A stretch of DNA of 64,000 nucleotides from Trichoplax adhaerens (Eukaryota; Animalia; Placozoa), in contig NW_002060951.1 in assembly GCF_000150275.1 (NCBI RefSeq), positions 2,118,297-2,182,296 of the forward strand, given 5' to 3'. Positions within the stretch are counted from its first letter, which is position 1, and the number at the start of each line of letters is the position of its first letter. Positions 46,001-59,143 of this stretch are shown in pieces. The notes under the pieces are model-generated. The model saw only the letters and a program-made list of their open reading frames with translations, was not told the origin of the DNA and made no database searches. Position numbers and translations under genes: made by a program.

Positions 46001-49000
46001 GGAGAACCGAAATGAAGAATTTATAGCAATAAATAGTAGTTTTTACAGCAATTAAGTCATGGATCCTGTTCGTATTATTAATTTGCTACAGACGTACGTT
46101 TCATATAATGATTAGACAGGTAATTTTTCCATGCTTAACAAAGTACGGCTGCTTAATTTTTTGAGTTGTAGTGCTATTTACCTTCATTCTAGCAACTTTA
46201 TCACGAGGATGTGTAGTAAAGCTTTCACTAGATACAATAACAATGCCATTTTTAGCGAAAATCTCTTGCAAATCGTTAATGGCCTATTAAAATGATAGGA
46301 ACGAAGTTACTATTGTGTGTTTGCGTTAATTCGATATTACCTGAATTTAGTATGTTACAAATTTGCTATTGTCACAGATTACACTATAATAATCGTAATT
46401 GATTATTTCTATATTCTACAAATATGTTAATCTATATCTGTTAATTTTGTGTGTCAATTGTGGATTGTACTGCGTACACTAATAAATCCACAGTTAAACA
46501 GACTTATAATAAGATTGCATTGTAAGTATGAACGGCATACATATATAAGCCGCCGTTTTTCAGTACAACAAAGAGAGAGTAGAAGTTAGTACTGTAGTTA
46601 GATTTACCATAAATTTAACTATGCATTCAATTTCTAGTCTCCATGCTAATTGAGAGTAGTACGAACGACCATCCAATACGGTTGTTATTATTAACTCTAG
46701 ATAGTAATACACAACAATATTTACCGGTACTAGCGTGATGAACTGTAGAGAAGTGAAGCTAAGTCGCATTAACGCTAATACTGAAGATTTTTCTTGAAAT
46801 AAAGATAACTTTTGTTAACGACTTTAGTTCTAAACTTGACTTCGTGTCTTAAAGTTAACTTGTCTATTTCTTGTTTCAATTACGGAGTTGTGATACCTAC
46901 GTGCAAAAAGACATCTTTAATTTCGTATATTATTCCAACTCGGGTCCAGTTAAAATGCTTTATGAAGGCAACACGTGCTGGATTATAACTTATGTCAGAG
47001 ATTGCCGTGCGAAAGAAGTAAGGATATTCTTTTCTATCCGTCAACTTCATGGAAGTTGATGTAGGCGATATCTGTAAGATTTCAATTCGAATATATTTAG
47101 TTTAAAATTAATAAAACTTTACTGTGCTAACAAAAATAATAAGGTGCAAGCCCAAGCTAATCTGTTTGCATTATCCAACTTTTGCAACACAAATTTCTTC
47201 GCGATTACAATGATTAGATAGAAAATTAAGCTTGTATCTTTCCAACATTCGCTTTTGTAATAAGGTATTAAGCGCAAAGTATACTGTGGTAATAAATAAC
47301 GGATAAGATAATTTCGTGTCAGATAACTCTAAAGTTAGCGCAAGGATATAATGTATAACAAATATTGAATTCTATCTGAGTGAGGATGCAATCCAATTTA
47401 AACTTGAACACCGTTAAAACTATACATAATCCTAGCAGCAAAATTGTAACAATACCATTCTTAATGCAAACCAACCTAATACCATGCATCACAACCAGAA
47501 TTTACTTTTAGTCAAATAGCAGCTCATACCTCAACGAGATTCCAATATTTCGAGACTGATGCGACAGATTCAGTAACAACTGATAATACAGGCCCGAATA
47601 TAGCTATTTTTGGGGGTTTCTCGTTAACTAGACGAAAAAACTGCTTGACGGCATAAGAGGGATTATGCTGAAATTAAGTTGAAGATGGAGTTAATGCCTA
47701 ATGTAAAGTACATAAATTTATGATTGCATGAAATATTATAAACTGAAAGGATATTAATTAAGCAATGAACGACCAAATCATGAAAGAACGCTAAAACAAT
47801 ATCCTACAAATACTTGAATTGATAAGAATTTATATAAGTCTCTACACTGTTAACATCATTGAATTCCCAACATAATTCAACATTTCATTTTTCATATTAA
47901 CCTTTAGCTGCGCTGATATTAAGAAAATATGCATCAGTTATACAGTAGTTTGTATAGATCTCAAGAAACAAAATGTATTGAAAAGGCAGTTACAAATAAT
48001 AATTGCACATTATCAGTATCGCGATACAATTATTGTAATTATTGCATTACAAATGTTAATTATATTTAAATTATTCAGTTTTCGATGTTAATAATTAACA
48101 GCAGCCGCCTGGCACATATACTGTCACAAAGTAAGGACAATCGATTCATTACCATCAATTTTTGATAGGGTAGTAATGAAATTGTCGTTCATTAATTAAA
48201 ACAGCGAAAAGTTTTAGGATCTATTTTAGAAGCATACGTTCACCTCATTTCAGTTCTGCATGAATTTACAAATTATCATTAAATCTATGAGAAAAGGCAT
48301 TATTGTTAATCATCATACGGTATCAACATTTAGCAAATGCGATTAAGATTTATAGATCTATAAGGAAAATACTGACCTCTTGCACGTATTTAAATACATA
48401 TATAAATATTTGACGGTATTTAGCCAAATATCGTTAAAATCTTTTACGTATAAATTGAAATTTTGATCCTTTATAAAGCGCTATTAGGAATGAAGACTTT
48501 TTGCATTCACTTAAAAACTGTATTGTTAGAGATTAGTGGTAGCGCAATATTGGTACTTTATTCATATTAATAACTGAAATTGCCTACTTAATAGCGCCAA
48601 AATTTATCAAAGAATGGCTCAGTATATCAAATAATAAGATAGACTCTTCAGTATGCAACTCAGGATACGTACAGATGATACAGTGTATTGAAATGGCAAA
48701 ATATCTATTGCATTTTTATCTCTTTTAAGCAATTAGTAAAATCTGAAAAATTCAATATAAGGAAAATATTACTATTTCAGTATTATTAAATAAGACCATA
48801 GGTATAAAGAATTGTATTTGTCGATGGATTATTTGATCTTGTTGTGTAATAAGCTAATAAATTTACAATAATGGAAACAATTCTTAACATTTAAGGCTGA
48901 TCATTACTATAAAGATTTAATAAGCACATCAGTATTCATCTGACTCACTAAGTCTTATATTACAATACAAGCATTATCACCATAGCTACAGTGAACTAAC

Positions 49001-52000
49001 AACAACTTAAGAGAAGCTAATATCATCTAATTAACTTGTAAATTATATATCATGTTCCTTTTTTCATTATAAAATTCGAAACTTTAGGGAGAAAAATATG
49101 ATATCAACAATAAGAAATCAGTTAATGATTTTTAGTTAGGTTACTGATTGTTGCAAGGTTGCATATTTGAATTTTACATTAAAACGAAATTCAGCTAAAA
49201 CTCGCGAGTAGATCTTGTTACCTAGCATTATCTATAAAAACGAATTCATTTCTATGATTATAACCATGATTGATTACCCATCCTCTTTCTACCTACTTCA
49301 CTGTAGACTTTTTTTCTATGAAATAAATAATTCTATCCTATAGTAGTAATAATTCAAGATATTTTAAAATAAATTTGAAGTATTATTAATGATATTAAAA
49401 ATATAATAAGGTATCCACCTTGGATAAGAGTCTAAATAGTGATTATTTTTCCTAGAAATTGTCTATTAATATTTACTCTTATTATTTATATATGTATTTC
49501 ATAATATCTTTCATAGAATGCCTACTTGGTCGGTTGTTCCTTTTATAACGAAAGCCTTTTACCGTTAGATATCGTTTATTATTGGTTGATTTATAATCGA
49601 TATTTACAAGTGAATCCTATCGATTGTTATTCGCAAAAATTCTGATAAAATTTATCATAGAAAATAAAAGATTCCAGAAATTGCCAGTACAATACTGTAG
49701 TCAATACTCCTCTTAGGAATATTATTGTCAATACTCTTTTCAGCTTTGAAGACACCGTTAAAGCAATAATATTTAGATGCTGCTGCGATGAAGTGTCTTC
49801 AAAGTATTTGAACAATGGCTAGTATTCTTTATGAAACTTTTCATTTTATTACACCAACTTAGTTCATCTAACAATACCAAGGATTATCTGTCTTTCAGTC
49901 ACTTGCCTAAAATTACGACACAATTAATTATTTGGGACTACATTGCAACTGCTAACTTTATGAACTAGAATTTTATAGGCTGAAAAATTGCGTTGTTCTG
50001 TATCTACGGCTATTTTGTGTATTTTTATATTGAAATTACCTCCTAACAGTAAAAGTAGCAGAAAATTGTCACTATTAGACTGGTTATGACTCGAAGCATT
50101 TCTGTTTCTCGATTCTATAATATTAATGTTATCTAATATTGCGTTTACGAGTACTAATATTGCCTATTCTCGATAGATGCATATATTTCTCAGTTCTACT
50201 CGCGTTAACTACTAACAGATTGTCTAGATAACATTCTGATTTAAAGTCATAAATCAGGAATTTTATTCAAGGAAATTAAAGTAGATCTGAAGTGGTTCTC
50301 AACACTGCGACAAATTGTTTAAGTTATAGTGTAGGATTTATAAAATAACCTTAAGTTTATTATGTTACACGATACCTTTCCGTTTAAATTAAGAATGATA
50401 TTCGTTCCTTAATATACTCCATCACGGCAGCAATTAAAAATAAATGTGACGAACAGTGAGAATAGTATTCGCTTAAGTACAGGCAAAATAACTAATAAGG
50501 AATAATTTAATTATGATTCAATACTTTTGTCTATGATTAATAAGTATCCACCGTAGCTCATGCCAATTACTACAACGGCTTCATACCAGAATTATCAGCT
50601 GTAGCACAACAGTAACGAATTTTAATTATATGACTATAATTATCAATTGTATGAGAAACATCCTCCCAAATCATACGATCATAATAATGGATTATCCATG
50701 AAGAATCAAATGTCATATTGTTGACTAACTCTTATAAACGCAAGATGATAATAATATCGATAAATGGATATGGTAAAGTGGCAAATATAGCTAAAAATAA
50801 GACTGTATGATTGTATGAGAATTGCTTCACTTGTATTTTAGATTACAAGATTGTATTAGTGTTTACTTGTAAAAGATAATTGCAGTACGTATTGTAGCAA
50901 TTCTACTGAGATATGCTGTATTGAGATTTCAAGACATATTGCTAATAAATTGCGCCAAATAAGTGAGTACTTTGAGATTTTTATTGTGATGCTTCACTTT
51001 TTAAAAGTACGAATTGTGATTAGATAGCAATAGTAAATTTAGGTCTGATCCTGCAACTTAACTGGTTAGATATGATTGCGTTGCCGATAAAAAAAATCAT
51101 TCTGGAACTGTTTGTATATAAACCAGAAAATAATAATCAATTTTGGTATAATAATTTAAACAGTCTCATTGGAGCTAGATAGTCTCTGACAAGACGAAGG
51201 TAATTTGTACAATAGGCTAAGTTTAAAGAAACTACAGTTTAAGAAACGTAAAATTTCAGTATTAAGTGGGTTAATGGTAGCAATTTCGCTTCTTGATCTC
51301 ATAAAGCTACTAATATACTCTTGAGTACAGGCATAACTATGCACGGAGTATTAAATTAATTAATATCATCAGAAATCTCATTCGCCTGACATGGTATGCG
51401 AGTGTAGTTATTGGTACAATAAACTTAATTCTTAAGCTTAATCTCTAACGTATATTCGAATTAGTACAAATTTCTATGAAACCTTTAAGAATAAAGATAA
51501 TCGCATCCAAGAGTTACTCAATTGGATTTAGTGCCCTAATGCCTGATCAAGGACGGATTGGTAGATTTAAGCTTTACGTCATCTTGCCACAACACCGGCT
51601 TGTAACATTATGATATTTAACTTCTTGATAGAATGGAAATATTGCTAGTACGGTCGCGCTTCTATTTAATGCCAAAGTTAATTTTTCACGTATTACGGTA
51701 GCAATCTAATTAACAAGATTCTAATTGAATTAAGGGCCTCGCAATATATATGATATCATTGATATGTATAAATATCCATAATTCTTCAAATTGCACCGAT
51801 ACAAACTTTAATGATAATTAATATATTAAAATAGTAAATGCAATAAAAGCAGCAAATATTCGTATAATTCAATTCGATCGTTTGTAGCTTTCATAATAAA
51901 TGCCTACCATAAACCCAGTATTCAAGTAATGAGAAATTTATATGAAAGCCAATTATTTTATAAAGCATTGAAATTTAATACCAATATGTCGTCAACTGCA

Positions 52001-53980
52001 AGAGTATACAAATGTGTCTGAACGTACTCTAGTATAGTTAAATGTTCATGTATACGAATATAAGATGACGATTGCAAAGCCTTATTAAGTGCTTACACCG
52101 GATTAAAATCATACTGGATATATAAATATTCTCTAATACTTCCTAAATCTTGATAAATTAAAAATGTTTAAAGAGTGGATTATGTATTAAATTTGGAATT
52201 ATTTCATTATCCAATATATGTACATAAATATATATGTTATGTTATTGTTATGTTATATATGATCACAATTGTGAGTAGCCAGCAATTGTACATAATGATT
52301 GAGTGACATACAATTCATAGTTCCAAAGATATATGTACTAGCTCACTCCCTCTTAACTAATCAGAGTATTAAATTAGTAGGTAACTGTAAATTGCAGTAT
52401 TCAAAATGTCTACAGATTAACAGAGTGGAAGGAACTACCAAAGTAGAGTAAAACGTTGTGCCATCTACAGTTTTGAGATACAACATACTGCTACACTACC
52501 GTATAAACATATTATATTTTTGCTGTACACTAAATATTATTCTACATGCAATCTGTATTTCACACAATGATGTAGTGTTTATCATAAAAAGATTAAAAGC
52601 TCATTTTCTAATACGTAAAGCATTTCGTCAGCATTGTAAAATCAAAAGAATAATCAGCCGAAACCATTAAAAGAGAATCGTGCGTTATAAGAATATATTT
52701 TCACAATAAGTGAATATAACACATTATTGTGACATAAATTTAATGTTCTAATGAGCCGTTTCATTATTATTTATTTTTAATCTTACGTTTGAAAATCTTT
52801 CTATCAAATAAGAAATGTCCAGAATTATTTCTTAGTAAGCATAATGAACTAATCTGCAACACAATGACTATACTCCAAGAACAGGATAAGAATTTTTTTA
52901 AGATCTTTCAATAATGATAAATGTCCCACATAGTATAACAAATACAACTCGGAATAAACTTAATAGCATGTTCACTGCGTTAGTTATCTCTTCTACTCTC
53001 TTTAGTTGACGGAAGCAAAAAATTCAGAATTTCTATATAAAGTAAGTCGAAGAAGCTAAAAATTCTGACTTGAACATAAATTTATTGCCTCACATAAAGG
53101 CATAGACCACATTTATGTGGTCAAAAACGTTCAAATTTATCATTTTGTAAATATCGCTATTAATATCATGGTATTTTACGCTCTCGTGTGATAGTGATTA
53201 CCCTTGCCATAGGTTATAATGCAATTTTTTACGAATACCTGATTTTCTGCAAATTCATCGAAGTCAATACGATATTGTTTGAGATTCATTTCACGATGTT
53301 TAAGGAATATTAGGTAAAAAGCTAAATACAGCGGCATTGTCAGGCGGCAATAGATATGAATATTCGTAATTAAATATCCTATGATCTATTTGGCAAATAT
53401 TATAAAACTCATTTTATGTCATACTTTTACTTCCAGCTTCTTAAAAATCTCAATACTTGCATTAATAAAAACATTGAAGAAAGATGAAAACTCGTCTTGT
53501 TAAGTCAATAATCTCATAGCTTAAATTACAATGGATTTTTGGCTTGGGAATAAAATTGATACTAGCAATACAAAGGTATTATTTAATGTAGAACTTAGGG
53601 TAGTAGCCCTATTGCAGTGCTAGATATCCATCAAAATCCAATATCAGCTTTTTAAATCTTAAGTAAATTATGTCCTAACCTATATAACTGATCGTATAAG
53701 ACTAGATTATCATTCAAAGATGGATCTGTTAAAAAATTTAATTCCCAATTACCTTTGTATCTAAGTAGCTTGAGTGAAGTTCGTAGTTCTTTAAAATATC
53801 TTGTCTTTTATTGATATCGCGTATAGCCATTTCAGCACACGATACAAATGCACTTCCAGCCCTAGACGAAAATCCTCCACTTAACGGTTGTAGCATGCCA
53901 ATATGTAATGGATCTTTACTCTGAGCAGTTGCTATTGCTGTGATCCATAACAAGAGCAACATTAACATTTTCATTTTCAT
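40038..53980 (-). CDS. GABA-B receptor-like class C GPCR, paralog C; 15 exons, ~782 aa
   Basis: Exons 53980-53753, 47667-47530, 47071-46901, 46283-46182, 45169-45104, 44612-44415, 44234-44004, 43350-43290, 42777-42679, 42539-42389, 42220-41980, 41440-41318, 41207-40875, 40448-40296, 40091-40038 (2349 nt). Signal peptide MKMKMLMLLLLWITAIATA; YPYFFRTAISDISYNPAR, RVFCEAY, AYDAIWALALGLN, KMSSPKIN, LAWETRHVTIPELNDSK. First intron is 6.1 kb. The last exon is less certain. Confidence 0.92.
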
Positions 53981-56900
53981 CTAATGATTCCTGGATGAAA
54001 GAAATTGATACTTAAAATAAAAATAATGAAAAAAATTCCCTGCTAAGCGTACAAGAAAGAATCAAAGTCGATAATACTCAGGTCCTTTTTATTCTTATAG
54101 CAGTTCCTAAAATAAGCAGGTTATATTTGAACCCATCTATCATAAATATTGATGTCACAAAATAACTAGAATGATTATTAAATAATTAGTAAGAATTACT
54201 AAAATAGCACGATAGCATCAATTGCCGTATCCAACGAGACTAAACAATCAATTTTATTTATGAAATATGACAGCAGCAGTAAGATGATAAATTCGGAATA
54301 ATTCTTCACTCATTGATGCCTTAGAAATGGAATGACAAGACAATATAATAGCTATTATTGGATAATGTAACAATAACTTACTGATTAGTTTAGAATTTTA
54401 CTCGTTTAATTAATGATATGAATGAAAGAAAATAGCACGCAGCATCTAATCTGGGAGCCGTTTCATTTCACTCGCGATAATCTTTTATCACGATTGATCT
54501 AGACAATTGTTTTATTTCATCATAAGTTTTCTATTATTGCATTCAATTCTACAATGGCTTGATTTAATCACCTCGTTCAAAGAAAGTAGCTAAATTACGT
54601 TTTAAATCATATTTACTAATCATTAATATTAATTATAGGACCTTTTGCTACGCTACGATGACTAGGATGTTAATTGTAATCACCCAATCTATTTGTATGT
54701 AATGTCGTAGTTAGTAGAAAAGATCAAAGACAATCCCACCCCTGATAGCCACATACCCGTATGTCTTTTAACCCATGATAACCTGAATCTAATAAGGCTT
54801 GTATTTCCGTCTAACTAGACGTATTGCAGGCAAGAAAACCATTTGCAACTGTATATGTTCTTTGTTATCATCTTAATCATCAAATTATAAGAACAGATAA
54901 AATTTCTTGCTTGGCAAAATAATACCGAAATCATTTATTCTATAGAAGTATTGCCCTGTTGTTTAAATTATTATTCATATTGGCGATATCTCTGCTAATA
55001 AAGAAACGAATACCGTAAAATTAAAATTAGAATATTACGGCTAATTAGCATGAACTGTATAAGGCAAACTTAATACCGGTTTTTGATTACTTGGTAGTGC
55101 TTTAAATGTGAACCCATATAATCCCATCCGTAAATTAAATTAACTGACGTATCTGCCATAAAATGTAAGTTTGTGTAAGCAGAGGGGATAGCAATGGCAG
55201 TTCGCTGCATTGGAACCCTTTAGAAAGTATTTTAAAATCTCTCTTCAGAAACTTTTACATGCACTGTCAATCAGTAGTTTACTCCTACTGTAATTAATGC
55301 AGCAACTCAAATTATTAAAAAGTCCAAAAATATTGACTTCATCACAAATTTATCAGCCTAAGGAAAATATTAATGCTGACATAAAGAATACGATCCATGC
55401 ATTAGATATCTTGTCACTGTAAGAGTGTTTAGATCGTTAATAAGAAGATGAAACGTGAGGGAAAGCCCTGTTGGATAGCGTGCTATGTGTAATGATTATG
55501 AATTAATACTTCGTCGATCGAATAATTTTTACTTGGATATTAACTCCATTAAAACAGTAAATTGAATTAAGAACGCTATTGACAAGAAACTATTACCTTT
55601 AGCCAAAGCTAAGCTAGTTTGACTAATGAGATGTTTTTAATGATCTCCATAACATCATTTTTAAATACATACTCCTACGTCATCGTCCACTACTACTACC
55701 CACCTATGAATGAGAATCTAGGGAACGCCGCTTTTAGCCACTTAATATTAGTCTTTTGTTTAATTTACCAAACTATAGTATCGGATGTCATCCATCATAC
55801 AGGAGCATATTGCACGCTAATTAGACTTTGGAAATATGGCATTAGCCGGTTACTTGCTGGAATTAATCTGATTTACAATATTCTCATTATAAACCGGTCA
55901 CGAGAACCCATAACGGTCGCACTTCTGAGATAATCGAATTTGTGACTGGCTGACATGTGCGGCAATTGCCGAAATGGATGCCTAGCAAGATTATTACAAA
56001 AGTTTGTGATAATTTATAGGATTAACTGACAATATCAAGACTTACTACAATCTTTACTAATACTTTATTGGTACTTTCTATTGTTTTTCGTATACAGTAC
56101 ATCCTATGCCAATATCGTAATACCATACTTTTTAGATAAGCCTAATAAAATTTTTAACTTGCCTCAACAGATAACACGGAAGCTCAATTAATGTTCTATG
56201 AGTAAATGATGCTTTTTAAATCTAAAATTTGCCCAATTGGTAATCTTTGACGTATTTCTATTCACAAGTCTGTTATGGAAATGATGTGATATATGTCATT
56301 AATGTAATCGGTAATGTACCTGTCTATACTAACAAAACTGTTTTGTAAAAATTTTATAGATGCGGTAAACTAGTCCCTTCATGTTCAAATTGTCAGACAA
56401 TAACAGATTATGGAAGCAATAGCATGATATCTTCAAAAAATTCTAAGTTCTGTGATTAACATTTCTTTGAAAGAGCTAGATTTATGTTAATCAAAACGCT
56501 ACTACTGGTTAGATTAAAAAAATAATAATAATTCGTTCTAACGCCTGCTGTGATGTCCAACCCCTTAATTCTATTAATAATATACCACTATATACGAAAG
56601 CTGAGTAAAATAATCTAACCAGATCAAAATTTGGACCTAGCATTCCAATCAGAGTACAATAGTCAACGGCGAATAAATGTTTGCGCTTTATAAATAACAC
56701 AGTTCAAATTCGACAAATGTAATAAAAGTATCTCACAAATAACTGTGTCAGTAAAATAAAATTTTCAGACAGGTTTTTATTACAAGGTTGAGGAATAATT
56801 GAGCAATAATTAATTACTACGAGAATCTAGTCTAAAATCTAAATTATTCCGAGCTCAAAGTGAAGTGCAGTCGTTAATATGAGTTTAACTTCGCAGTTCT

Positions 56901-59143
56901 TAAATGCATTTCGTTAAATCGATTTATGAAAAGATAATTAGCTACAATCAGACTTAAGTCATCAAACAGAGTACTTTTCCTCAAATAGATCATTATTATT
57001 TTCTACAGTTCGAATCAATCTGCTTAAAATTTAAAGAATATCACTAACTACCCTACAGTAGACTGTTAGTCATCTATCACATATAAAATATTTGAAGTTT
57101 TATCTATTACTTATATTCAAGAAATTCATTACTATGCAATGCTAAGGTTATTAAAATAGAATCCTCGTGTAAAGTACTTGTGCGAACCAGACGATGAATG
57201 TTTTTATATCGAAATACACAGAGAGTTATAGACTACTATACTGCATTAAGGCTGTCTAATTTTAATTAAGTCGTTTTAATAAACTAGATAGCTGTACCAT
57301 TTCTAATGTTATTCGACTGGTATATTTATGGCAACAATTTATTTTGATGTAAAACTAATAATTATAGTCAGTTTTTCAAAGTAATGTAGCAAAGTACGGA
57401 GAAGCTATAATATATGAATCAGCTAACACTGAATTTATAAATTGTAATTACTGTCGGATGTACCTGAAATATAAGAAACCAGTTTTTGTTAGAGATTTAT
57501 ATAAACTTTTCAAAAGCTAATAATTATCGAAATATTACATAGGTATAAACGCATATCTCTCAATATACTGTACGAAATCTTCTATTATTATTATATTTAT
57601 GGTAATATTTTTTCCGAAATAACTATGGATGATCGTTAGTTACTTTACGCAAATTTCAGTTCGAGCTAATTTATGTTAAATTAAAAATTTGGACGATAAA
57701 TATATACGTGGGCGTTTTTAATCTTCTCTGTAATAGTTCAAAGATAGTTACAATATTCAACAATCTATAAATGTGAGTTTATATTTATAACATAGAGAAT
57801 AATGCAACAGCAACAAAGAAATAATTATTAATTAAACATCGTTAAATTTGGCATGTTGTTGAAACTAAAAGGATCTACGAACGGTCATAATAATACTATT
57901 TAGATATTATCTTGGCATTAGACTTGTCGATGGAAAGTTTAATACATAAGGAAGTAAGACAATCTAAAGATTTTAAATCAATTCATACTAAGACAACAAA
58001 ATTGAATACACAGCCATGAACATGTTCCATGGAAGAAATAGTTAAATTACGTATGTACTACACAATTTGTTAAATATCATTACAGATGCCAAGGACAGAT
58101 CAAAAATGGTAAAATTTCGTGGTAGCATGGCTTTATATTGAAATTAGGTAAATTAGGCATCAAGTAAAATAAATACAGGAAACATTTCCGAATATCCAAT
58201 AAATTTTCTTAAATTGAAGTCATTATTTTATCAATTTTCCCAATTCATAATATTTCATCAGGCCATTAGTATATATATATTAGTATCGAGTATCGTAAAA
58301 TAAAGCAATTATTTAAATGCGCTTCATACTGCTGGTACTACAGACGTTAAAATTGTAATATATATCTCTATGCACACGAATAAATATTGAATAAAGTAAG
58401 AGTGAGATCGTCTTCGCTTATGCATACACTGTAGGTCATAACAAATAATGCAACTCCTTGAGTGTAGCATTACATATGAGGCTGCAGATGATATTAAAAC
58501 TTAAATAGTCATCTCGCATCATGAGACTAATCAGAGAGACTCTTTATAGGATAGATTATCCCTGTGTATAGATTGAAATTTTAGTACCTTTCGACATAAA
58601 TAATGACTTAGAACCTAAAGCCATAAACTGCTATACTGCAGTCCATTATTTTATTGCTATAATCTTTTACGGACCATCAAACCGTAATTATCTACGCATA
58701 ACGTATTTCAAACACAATATCCGTATTAATCAAAATCTATTCAATACTTTGTTAAGCACTTTAATTGCATTTACGACTCTCTGAAGATATCAGAATAAAG
58801 TGCCTATTATTATTTATTTATTGTGAATGAATTGGTAACGACAGTGATAGGTCTGATCGAAAGAGTTAAATTTTCATAGTAATTGAATTCTATTGAAAAG
58901 CAAGTTACAATACCTGATGATAATGAAAATGTAATGGTTATATAAGTCTCTGTTCATCGTAGGTTTAATAAAAGTCGAAACTTTTCCAAGCTTTGCTAAT
59001 AACATAATAATCCTATAAATTTCTAATACATGATAATAATAGAACATAATTTAAACACATATGTTAATATGCAAAAAGCCATTTAATAATATGAATTAAA
59101 GTTTATATGAAGGTTTCTTTGGGCAATGAGGTAGTTTGATTGG

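Noticed and set aside
53105-53122. Near-palindrome GACCACAT-TT-ATGTGGTC and small tandem duplications (e.g. 16692-16717)
   Set aside because: Isolated and within chance or slippage expectation.
55619-55933. 104-aa plus-strand ORF and other short intergenic/intronic ORFs (e.g. 30974-31183, 32775-32999, 35504-35835, 52458-52670, 63693-63884)
   Set aside because: No recognisable motifs, often non-ATG starts, and composition typical of random AT-rich sequence.
59096-59143. Short open frame continuing after the GPCR D stop (possible readthrough)
   Set aside because: The stop is TAA in a non-leaky context, and 15 open codons is expected by chance.
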